The position numbers were made by a program, and so were the translations under genes. Below the pieces are notes generated by a model. That model had not been told where the DNA came from and searched no databases. It worked only from the letters and a program-made list of their open reading frames with translations. Positions 35,416 through 43,578 of a stretch of DNA of 64,000 bases are shown in pieces. The stretch is taken from the IMG/VR virus record IMGVR_UViG_3300042924_005659. One strand, given 5' to 3'. How positions within the stretch are numbered: the stretch's first letter is position 1; each line of letters begins with the position of its first letter. The stretch is from a virus.

Positions 35416-36057
35416 TCAGTCGTTGGTCTTGCGACGGCCCTTCGGACGGATGGAGATGTTGTTGCGCTTCAGCGTGTTGATGACGCAGCTGACCGAAACG
35501 CCGAACTTCTCTGCGATCGTCTTTGCTCCGACGCCCTCGTTGTAGAGCCGGCAAACCTCTTCAGCGTGCTCGGTGAGCTTGTACGGAGCGCCGCGCTTCT
35601 TGGCCTCCGTGGAGGTCTTGGTGGTCGACTGCTTGGGAGTGCTCTCTGCGGTGTTGTTGGTGTTTTCAGTAGTCATGTTCTTGTTCTTGTTGATTTCTCT
35701 AACCTTGGACTGCTTGGGTTTTTCCACATACTGAGTCGGCGCAGCCAATGCCGGCTCAGGTTCTTCGATATCCAATCCGTTTTCTGCTGCGTACTCCTTC
35801 ATCCATTCGTCTGAGGGGATGTCGGAGTTGGCCTCCATAATAACATCAGGACCCTCGTCGTCAACCTCCTCGGAAGGAATGTCCTCAAATTCTTCTTCGG
35901 TCATGTCGTCCTCTTCGTCCTCCAACGGTTCGTCAGTCGGGTCTGTGTGACGAGGCTTGGTGCCTTCGGATCCACGCATACTGCTGGTCTTCACGGATGG
36001 AACGCTGTCCTGTTCGTCGTCAAAATCGCCGTTGAGAATGCGGTCAATAAGGCTCAT
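35416..36057 (-). CDS. acidic disordered protein with C-terminal HTH
   Basis: D/E-rich N-half; EEVCRLYNEGVGAKTIAEKFGVSVSCVINTLK. Confidence 0.75.
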   Translation of the reverse strand: MSLIDRILNGDFDDEQDSVPSVKTSSMRGSEGTKPRHTDPTDEPLEDEEDDMTEEEFEDIPSEEVDDEGPDVIMEANSDIPSDEWMKEYAAENGLDIEEPEPALAAPTQYVEKPKQSKVREINKNKNMTTENTNNTAESTPKQSTTKTSTEAKKRGAPYKLTEHAEEVCRLYNEGVGAKTIAEKFGVSVSCVINTLKRNNISIRPKGRRKTND

Positions 36058-36067
36058 GTGAAACTCC

Positions 36068-36751
36068 TCAATAGTCGATGTTAGCGGCTTTCAAAACGCC
36101 TTCTAGAGTCAAATCCTGTTCGGGAATGAACTTTCCGTTGTTACGCACGATGTTTTTCATTATTGCAGTCAGTCGGTCCTTGTCTTGAGGAAACTGAGAT
36201 TCGTAGGAGGCGGATACCAATTCGTTGACGCCATCCATGCTGTCTCCGTACATTCCATGGTGTCCTTCAAAGCACGCTTCGAGCAGCTCCAACTGATTCA
36301 CCGAGAAGTAGCGCTTAAGAGGACTGTTTTCCAGCCATTCAAATACGTCATACGCATTCTGCACGTCAGACAGCTTGAAGTCGTCTCCGATTCGTACCTG
36401 GGACACAAAGATACTGCCAAGAGCGCAGACCTTGCAGGCTTTCAACTTGCCTACGTATTCGCTTGCTGAAACAGCCTTGACATTCTCGTCTTTCTCAAAC
36501 TGCACGGTGCAGTAGTCGTCAAAGCCGCCCAGCTTCTTGTCCTCCACCCAGCATCCCTGCATGGCGCAGTAGGACTTGGACTTAAGTTGAGCAAGCACGT
36601 CCTTTGCGATCATTACGCGAATTTCGCTCTTGCTCTTACCCTTAAGAGAGTTGGTCGACTGAGGCTTGGTCTTGACCGGAGTCTTTGACCGAGACTTTAC
36701 TGCAACAGTAGAGTTCTTTACTGGTCTTTTGGTTTTAGTCTTTGCTGGCAT
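36068..36751 (-). CDS. hypothetical protein with Lys/Thr-rich basic N-tail
   Basis: PAKTKTKRPVK..KTKP; CKVC in the core. Confidence 0.75.
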   Translation of the reverse strand: MPAKTKTKRPVKNSTVAVKSRSKTPVKTKPQSTNSLKGKSKSEIRVMIAKDVLAQLKSKSYCAMQGCWVEDKKLGGFDDYCTVQFEKDENVKAVSASEYVGKLKACKVCALGSIFVSQVRIGDDFKLSDVQNAYDVFEWLENSPLKRYFSVNQLELLEACFEGHHGMYGDSMDGVNELVSASYESQFPQDKDRLTAIMKNIVRNNGKFIPEQDLTLEGVLKAANIDY

Positions 36752-37872
36752 TAGATTCCTACCTTTTTCTTCAAGTTATCCATGGCGACGTCGAAGCCAA
36801 GCTCCATTGCCTGCTTTACGAATTCCGCCGCCTCCTGATCTGTCGGATTCTGCTCATCTACGAGCTTACCGAGTGCGGTACTCAAATCTACCTTTTCGTC
36901 CAGGGATCCCTTTATCTCGGATAGATCCCTATCGTGAGATGTGTCCACCTTCTCGAATACAAATGCCTTTTCTCTGAATGCGTCTAGCCCAACGCTGAGC
37001 TCGGCAAGCACGTCAGAAGGTATTGTCGCATGCAGTCTGGGTAGCTTGTTGCCCATGTACTGCTGCATGTCCGAAACGTATGGGGCCTTGACTGCGTTGT
37101 CAAGCCACGTTTGAATTCTTTTCAGGTCTTCTGCATTCTTAACATCAGTCCTAAGAAATGGCCGGCATCGCAGCGGCACCTTCTCGATGCTGAGATCGTC
37201 GTAAACCACCAGGAACGACTTGTTCTCAGGTTCGCCAAGGCGGTGCATCCACATAGAGCCGGAGTACAAGAAGCGAGTGCCCTTGGATCCTCGCCACTCC
37301 CATTCCATGTGAATGTCGCCCATGAGGACCAAGCGGTACTTTCCGTCAAACCAGTTTAGGTCCATGTCGCACAAAGGTGCCTCGTCTGGCGGAAGTCCAA
37401 GTGCAGGAACGACTTGCGATGCAAAACCGTGCAGCACCAGGATATCGGCATCGACCAGAGTGTTGGACTCCAGATAGGCCTCCCATTGCCGCCTAGTTCG
37501 CCAGTTGTAGCCGGCTACCGTATAGTTGCCAAGCTTGATCTGCTGAGCCTGCTCAAGGTTGTTGGAAACGGCTGCGCTCCCGCCCTCGAGACATAGTCGC
37601 TTGAATCCCCGTTCGTGATTGCCGTCCACGTACCAGCTGCTTTGAACCGGTAGCCTAGTCAGTATCTTCCGCAGCTCCACGGTATGCTCGTCGCCAATGG
37701 TCGGTGTATCGACCTGGTCGCCGCCGAGAATCAGTGGAACATTCAGCTCCAGGCACTTGTCTACGACCTGAGCCAATGCATATAGGTCGTCGCCTCGCAA
37801 TTCCTTTACCGATCTATACGCAGACTCCCTAGCCTGCAGGTCGGCACAAAATGCAAGTATTGGTTTTGGCAT
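36751..37872 (-). CDS. sbcD: SbcD/Mre11/gp47-like nuclease
   Basis: ADLQ, GGDQ, GNHE, LHG, GDIH, YSGS. Confidence 0.9.
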   Translation of the reverse strand: MPKPILAFCADLQARESAYRSVKELRGDDLYALAQVVDKCLELNVPLILGGDQVDTPTIGDEHTVELRKILTRLPVQSSWYVDGNHERGFKRLCLEGGSAAVSNNLEQAQQIKLGNYTVAGYNWRTRRQWEAYLESNTLVDADILVLHGFASQVVPALGLPPDEAPLCDMDLNWFDGKYRLVLMGDIHMEWEWRGSKGTRFLYSGSMWMHRLGEPENKSFLVVYDDLSIEKVPLRCRPFLRTDVKNAEDLKRIQTWLDNAVKAPYVSDMQQYMGNKLPRLHATIPSDVLAELSVGLDAFREKAFVFEKVDTSHDRDLSEIKGSLDEKVDLSTALGKLVDEQNPTDQEAAEFVKQAMELGFDVAMDNLKKKVGI

Positions 37873-37941
37873 TCGTGTTATCTCGACATTTGAAGTAAAC
37901 AGCCTCCGGACATTCCGGATACGGCTACGATTTAAGTTTGC

Positions 37942-38256
37942 TTATTTACGGTCAGTAAGCGGATCCAGCCGAGTCATCAACAGGGCTGTCAAGCTGCCAA
38001 GCAAGGATATAGATACCCAGCTCCACAATCCAAGTCCGAATACCAAGCAGTGCATAGACGTCAAGGCCAGAGTCATCTGAACACCAAAGCAGATCGGGCA
38101 GGATATCATCTTCTGCAGGAAAGATTCCTGCCTATCTGCCCATGCCATAATGGTGTCAACGGTGATTTCAAAATTGTGCATTCCCCATACGGCCATGTAG
38201 GACATGGATCCGAGTACCACGGAAGACAAGATTACAGTTAGAGTCCAGTCGATCAT
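37942..38256 (-). CDS. membrane protein with CxxC (DUF1360-like)
   Basis: Three hydrophobic segments; ISCPICFG. Confidence 0.65.
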   Translation of the reverse strand: MIDWTLTVILSSVVLGSMSYMAVWGMHNFEITVDTIMAWADRQESFLQKMISCPICFGVQMTLALTSMHCLVFGLGLWSWVSISLLGSLTALLMTRLDPLTDRK

Positions 38257-38363
38257 TTTTTAAGTATGCCGTAGCCGATTAAAGCCAACAAGGCAATTGA
38301 CAAAGTGAGGCAGGGATTGATGAAGAAGAAGACTAGGAAAATTATGCAAATGAGGGCGAACAA
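38253..38363 (-). CDS. 36-aa hydrophobic peptide (not in ORF track)
   Basis: TTG start after taaggaa; FALICIIFLVFFFINPCLTLSIALLALIGYGILKK; ATGA overlap with the next gene. Confidence 0.6.
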   Translation of the reverse strand: MFALICIIFLVFFFINPCLTLSIALLALIGYGILKK

Positions 38364-38372
38364 TGCGGTTCC

Positions 38373-38552
38373 TTACTCACAATCTTTGCAGTCTTTGGAT
38401 TCTGTTCCGTCCTTAGGCTGGTTTAAAGACTTGATCTTCAGTTTGTCGATTGTAGGCGTAGTCTCTTTAGGAGTAAGGGTTGGATCGTAGCCAGTGAGTC
38501 CGGCATTCTTTAGGAACTCGTCGGGAGATTCTGATCTGATTCTGTTTGTCAT
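38373..38552 (-). CDS. 59-aa protein ending CKDCE (not in ORF track)
   Basis: MTNRIRSESPDEFLKNAG...; ATGA overlap with upstream ORF. Confidence 0.6.
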   Translation of the reverse strand: MTNRIRSESPDEFLKNAGLTGYDPTLTPKETTPTIDKLKIKSLNQPKDGTESKDCKDCE

Positions 38553-38764
38553 TGGTTACCTTGTTTTGGAGGGGCACATTCTACATACTTCTTTTCTTGC
38601 TGTCTATGCTTGTACTGCTCCACTATGCGATACAAGACATCAAATGTGAATTTACCTACCACGATGAATCCAGTTGCCAGCAATATGAAAAGAGTATATG
38701 CTGCAATTATGAATTCCCGCACAATCCTGAGAATGACGTCCTCGGGTTTTTGAGCATTTTGCAT
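38549..38764 (-). CDS. single-pass membrane protein (71 aa)
   Basis: Start re-called to MQNAQK with ggag SD; TM segment FIIAAYTLFILLATGFIVVG. Confidence 0.6.
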   Translation of the reverse strand: MQNAQKPEDVILRIVREFIIAAYTLFILLATGFIVVGKFTFDVLYRIVEQYKHRQQEKKYVECAPPKQGNQ

Positions 38765-40688
38765 GAACGACTCCAATAAGATTAGCGAAGAAAAGGCCAA
38801 AGTAGACCTCAAGGCTCTTGCGCCTCGATGGGTAGTCGACATGGCCCAGAACATGAAATCGATTTGTGAAGTCGACGACATAGACGACAAGATCTTCTCG
38901 ATGGCGCCGGAGAAGTTGGCCGAGCTCAACAGTAGACTTGATATAAACGAATTTTCAAAGTTCCTCAAGTTCTATCTGGATCTCAACAACTCCTCGCCAA
39001 TTCGACTGACTTCAATGCTGCGATTGAACGGTCGGCCGTTCACTCTGGTAAAGCACAAGTTCTTTGAGCCTCTCTTCTATCCGAATCTTCCTGATCGTAC
39101 TTTACTGGTATGTGCCAGACAGGTCGGCAAGTCCACACACATTGCCGCCCAAGGTGTGTTGCAAGCAGCAGCCATCAACAGGTTTAAAGTTCTGTACATG
39201 GCTCCGCAATTCGAGCAGATTAGAAGATTTAGTCACCAGTACATACGGCAGTTTGTCCACGAGTCCTACATCAAGGACCAACTGATGGACAAGAACTGCG
39301 TCGATTCCGTCATGCAGAAGACCTTCAAGAACGGGTCGGAGTTGTGGTTCTCGTTCGCCAAGTTGTCGGTGGACAGAATCCGTGGTCTTGCCGTGGACGG
39401 AATAAGAATGGACGAGATTCAGGATCTCAATCCGGAATTCCTGGATATCGTCAGAGAGTGTATGTCTGCATCCGAAAAAAGATCGGAAATGTATGCAGGC
39501 ACCAGCAAGACCATCGACAACGTTATTGAACAGCTTCGGCTTCAGTCCAGCCAGGCAGAATGGTTCATGCGTTGCGAAACCTGCAATCACTGGAACATTC
39601 CTACCGTTGAAGGTTCTGGACCTGGGCTTGGAGTTCTTGACATGATTAGACCTGAGGGGTTCTGCTGCGCCAAATGCCATAGGCCTTTAGAGCCGGAGAA
39701 GGGCTTCTGGGTCCACAAGTACAAGGAGAAGTCGGCTACCTTTCCTAGCTACCATGTTCCTCAGGTAATCGCTCCCGTACACTATGCCAATCCCAAGAAC
39801 TGGCGTTCCTTGGTCCTTAAGAGAGAGTTGACCAGCCCAGCCACGTTCATAAACGAAGTCTTGGGTGAGGCTTGCGACGAAGGACAAAGGCTGGTTAGTC
39901 AGACTGAGCTAAAGCAGGTGTGCGTACTGGCCCCTAACTCCAAAGACAATAGCGTAAATGCGCACAAATACGCAGATAGAGTTCTTGGAGTTGACTGGGG
40001 TGGAAAAGGTAGTCGGTTTCAGTCGATGACTGCAGCCGCCGTGGCTTGCTATCTGCCCGTCGAGGACAAGATTGACATTATTTTCGGGCACGTGTTTCAG
40101 GCCATGACCGATTCTGTCCTGGAAACCAAGGAAGTCATCGACATCGCAAATGCATTTAATTGCAGCGCCATCGCACACGACGTTGCCGTCGCAGGCGAAG
40201 TAAGACTCAGCATCATGCGCAGCGTAGGAGTGCCTGACTCTCGGCTGATCAATTGCCGTTATGCGGCAAGTGGCAGTATCAAGTCTCTGCTGCAGTTTGT
40301 TCCTCCGACTGATATCAATCCTACCAGCTACTACAACCTGGACAAAAGCAAGGTCATTGCGGCCGTATGTCTTGCAATCAAGAACAAGAACATTCGGTTT
40401 CCTCAGTACGACAGCCTGGTAGATTCGGCTGGAGAGAACATAATGAATCACTTCTTGGCTGTTTACGAAGAAAGCAGCGAAAGTATGTTCGGAACCGAGC
40501 GGAGATTCATTCGTCGTAATCCAGGAATGCCGGATGACTTCCTGCATGCCGTGGCTTTTGCCGTCATATCCCTATGGAGAAGATATCCAGAACTGATTCC
40601 AAACCTGTTGGACGAAGTCCTGGACGGAGACGAGCACGTAAGCATGGGTAGTCCCAACACGTATTACGGCGGGCACGAATTTGATTAA
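38763..40688 (+). CDS. terL: terminase large subunit (GpA-like, with Zn finger)
   Basis: ARQVGKST, MDEIQD, CETC..CAKC, EVLG, GVDWGG, DDFLHA; exact start uncertain. Confidence 0.9.
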   Translation: MNDSNKISEEKAKVDLKALAPRWVVDMAQNMKSICEVDDIDDKIFSMAPEKLAELNSRLDINEFSKFLKFYLDLNNSSPIRLTSMLRLNGRPFTLVKHKFFEPLFYPNLPDRTLLVCARQVGKSTHIAAQGVLQAAAINRFKVLYMAPQFEQIRRFSHQYIRQFVHESYIKDQLMDKNCVDSVMQKTFKNGSELWFSFAKLSVDRIRGLAVDGIRMDEIQDLNPEFLDIVRECMSASEKRSEMYAGTSKTIDNVIEQLRLQSSQAEWFMRCETCNHWNIPTVEGSGPGLGVLDMIRPEGFCCAKCHRPLEPEKGFWVHKYKEKSATFPSYHVPQVIAPVHYANPKNWRSLVLKRELTSPATFINEVLGEACDEGQRLVSQTELKQVCVLAPNSKDNSVNAHKYADRVLGVDWGGKGSRFQSMTAAAVACYLPVEDKIDIIFGHVFQAMTDSVLETKEVIDIANAFNCSAIAHDVAVAGEVRLSIMRSVGVPDSRLINCRYAASGSIKSLLQFVPPTDINPTSYYNLDKSKVIAAVCLAIKNKNIRFPQYDSLVDSAGENIMNHFLAVYEESSESMFGTERRFIRRNPGMPDDFLHAVAFAVISLWRRYPELIPNLLDEVLDGDEHVSMGSPNTYYGGHEFD

Positions 40689-40700
40689 TAGCTAAGTCGA

Positions 40701-40901
40701 AAGTTTTGCTATAGGTTCAAACTTTATTGCACCCATAACCCTAAGCTGCTTATTGTTGAATAAGATTTGCTTAAGATTATGGGTGGCTTTGTGCCAGGAG
40801 TGATGGCGAAGAACCATCAAATTATGTTAACTCGATTTGGCGGCTATTTTACCGAGGCGATTTAGCCGCTAAAGAGCGAATCAGCACTAAATTATATTAA
40901 C
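40701..40901. other. structured non-coding region: four hairpins and a 13-bp direct repeat
   Basis: Stems 40701-40724, 40730-40785, 40801-40819, 40840-40869; aaattatRttaac at 40819 and 40889. Confidence 0.55.
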
Positions 40902-40905
40902 ACAT

Positions 40906-43578
40906 TCAGTGCAGCTCTATTAAGCTGGTTAAGGCTGCTCGTCTTAGACTGCGCATTCTCTTGATGGCAGCTACCAGACTATTCCAAAGAGGCTTTGGAA
41001 ACACCAGTAATAGATGGTCTTCCTTGTGGGCCTCTATGGCACCTAGGCTCTTTAAGTGACCTACTGCAGACTCCCAGGTAACTACAGGTAGATTGTAGAA
41101 GCGCATCTGGCCCAGGAGGTTAGTTAGGTCTATGGAGACCGTGTCCTCCATTGGGTTCTTTAAAACCACGTATCTCTTCTTGGCAGAGTCTCCCGTAAAC
41201 ATCTTGAACATGCCCTGCTCTACGCCTTCTTGAATGAAGTTTATAAGCTGGACTCCAGAGGACTTGGTGTTTATGTAACCTTTAGCCGACAGCATTACCT
41301 TGGCGGAGTCCAATACTCCGGGGTTCAAATCAAGGCTCTTTGCTAGATACTTCAAACTGTCCAGCATGGAGTGGGATGACGTGGGCCTTACGGTCAAAGC
41401 GTACTGCATAAAGAACGGAAATACGTTCTCGCTATTGATTAATGCCCGGGTCTCCTCCGTAAACTCTATATCAGCCCTCAGGAACTCCCAGTCCTTGTCT
41501 GCAGCCATAGCCGACGCTACTGTCGAATTGGCCAGCACTATGCTGTTCTTGGCCCCTTCGGCCCACTCAGCCAACAGCTTGGCTCTAGATCGAATGCCGT
41601 CGATGGCTACAGGTACCTGGTGCATTTCCGCAACAGCCTGAGCCATTTCCACGTCGTCTCTTGACGATAGAGTTATATGCTCTAGACCTAAATCTATTCT
41701 AAGTATGTCGAAGATGTATTCCGCCAAGGAGCCCTTGTTGCCCACCAGCATCAGGTTTGTCCTTGGCTTCTGATCTACGAGGTTGTTTATTCCTGCCACT
41801 AGGCTCGCCATAGCCCCTAGATAGGCTACCGTCTCCGGACCGTGCTCAAATATATTAGATATCTTCTTGACCGTCAGACCAGCTTCAACCACTACGTTGG
41901 AGCATGGGGGCTCGACCTCACTCATTACAAAAGGCACACCTACTCTAATCTGGTCGGTGTCTATAGATACCCGTGGTAGGTTAAATCTGCCAGTGTCGGC
42001 GTCAAAGCCTACATAGTTCTGCGAGGAGTGGACCTCTGGAGAACTCAGCCTCATTATGATGTCGAGGTATTTTTTAGATATCGAGTCGGCTACAAATGGC
42101 TGCTTAGACAATCCTGCCGAGGCAGCTATGTAGGCCAATACCTTACCGGGCTGCTCCTCTATGTCGTCTTCTGATATCTGAAACGATATTTCCTTGCCTT
42201 CAAATAACAACTTTCCAAATATGGCAGCCGCACCTCCCTGCTTTATTCTGCAGATGTGAGAAATGCGCACAATTGCATTACATACAATCTCGTCGACGAC
42301 TTCCCGAGATCCCTGGATCCAAAGCTTTCCGTCTCTCTCAAAGAAGATCTTCTTGTCTAAGACTAATGGCTGAGATTCCAATATGTGATTAAGTAGTGGA
42401 GCTAGTTCGGCTCTGACCTCATCCGTACAGGAAGCCAAGATTAGATTCTTTTGAAACTCGGTCAATTCCAGACCATCAATGACGTTTCTTGCATTGGCTG
42501 AACCCATTGTGAGCAGCTCGGTAACCAAGAAATCTAAAGGGTCCAGCAGATTGTTGTCCTTGATCTGTGCGTGAACCGACGGCATAAAGCTGCCCTCCCA
42601 CATCTTGGATACCTTTTCTGCCGGTTTCCAGATGTACGGAGTGTCATCTATCATCACCTTGAAGTTTCTTGCCTTGATGCAAGTCTTCATGAAACTGGAG
42701 TCCGGGTCGTCAACCCACATAACAGTTGGCTTGTTGAGCAGCAGTGGCTCCAGCTCTCCAATGGGAGTCTTGGCCACTATTGAAAGTTTGTTATACCTTT
42801 CTACTGCGCATTTTTGAACTATTCTGGCTGCCTGTAGCGGATGAGTCAACACATGCACGGACTCAGACTCATGCTTATGGCATTCGTTAAGCCCACAGAA
42901 TCCTCCTCCGTGCCCTTCTAACAAGTTTAGATAGGACATATGGTCTTTATTTCCAATAAATCCAAACCCGCTAATAAAACCAGGCTTTATATAAAATGGA
43001 ATTACCAAAAGACCGTCTGGCGATTTTCCAATTCCGGGAATGCTGGATTGAAGCAGCTCCTCTAATTCGTGTTTAAATCCAAATCCAAACCAGGCAGCCA
43101 AGCCTCTGTTAAAGACTTCTTGACCTAGCCATAGGTTTAATTCGTTTAATCTTCCACTAGCAAGTCTGTTTGCTACTGGGTGCATGGCGGCTTTAGCCAC
43201 CTGCCAAGTCTTTTGAAGCTGTAAATACTGTTTATTGTAGAAGGTGGAGTATGCTATTTTATCCTCTACATTTACAGACTTTACTTTGAGATCCTTTGCA
43301 ACAGCGTCTATTAACTCTTCTGGGTTTGAGATTTTGTACGCTTGGCCGTATAGTTGCAAACCTTCGCATGCTAGTTTGCACTTGTCGCAGTACATCCAAC
43401 CCTCAAACGGTAACAGGCTGGAAACTAGCATACTTGCTGTTTTGCACTTAGGACATCGAACATAAGCACCTGCCTTAGCAGGCCCGTCGTAGCCCAGAAG
43501 TTTCAAGATTTTTGTATAATGGAAGGTCGAGTAGAACTCTTCCGAAGGAACACCATCTATGAGTCGCTGGATTGACAT
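40906..43578 (-). CDS. 890-aa N-terminal Zn-finger protein, possibly degenerate primase-helicase
   Basis: CPKC..CDKC; P-loop-like LMLVGNKGS lacking GKT. Confidence 0.55.
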   Translation of the reverse strand: MSIQRLIDGVPSEEFYSTFHYTKILKLLGYDGPAKAGAYVRCPKCKTASMLVSSLLPFEGWMYCDKCKLACEGLQLYGQAYKISNPEELIDAVAKDLKVKSVNVEDKIAYSTFYNKQYLQLQKTWQVAKAAMHPVANRLASGRLNELNLWLGQEVFNRGLAAWFGFGFKHELEELLQSSIPGIGKSPDGLLVIPFYIKPGFISGFGFIGNKDHMSYLNLLEGHGGGFCGLNECHKHESESVHVLTHPLQAARIVQKCAVERYNKLSIVAKTPIGELEPLLLNKPTVMWVDDPDSSFMKTCIKARNFKVMIDDTPYIWKPAEKVSKMWEGSFMPSVHAQIKDNNLLDPLDFLVTELLTMGSANARNVIDGLELTEFQKNLILASCTDEVRAELAPLLNHILESQPLVLDKKIFFERDGKLWIQGSREVVDEIVCNAIVRISHICRIKQGGAAAIFGKLLFEGKEISFQISEDDIEEQPGKVLAYIAASAGLSKQPFVADSISKKYLDIIMRLSSPEVHSSQNYVGFDADTGRFNLPRVSIDTDQIRVGVPFVMSEVEPPCSNVVVEAGLTVKKISNIFEHGPETVAYLGAMASLVAGINNLVDQKPRTNLMLVGNKGSLAEYIFDILRIDLGLEHITLSSRDDVEMAQAVAEMHQVPVAIDGIRSRAKLLAEWAEGAKNSIVLANSTVASAMAADKDWEFLRADIEFTEETRALINSENVFPFFMQYALTVRPTSSHSMLDSLKYLAKSLDLNPGVLDSAKVMLSAKGYINTKSSGVQLINFIQEGVEQGMFKMFTGDSAKKRYVVLKNPMEDTVSIDLTNLLGQMRFYNLPVVTWESAVGHLKSLGAIEAHKEDHLLLVFPKPLWNSLVAAIKRMRSLRRAALTSLIELH

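Noticed and set aside
37894-37926. tccgga-cat-tccgga palindrome pair upstream of sbcD
   Set aside because: Short stem, 3-nt loop and no U-tract; too weak to call
38765-38968. Long N-terminal part of the 139-aa minus-strand ORF
   Set aside because: Antisense to terminase; the SD-supported start is 38764
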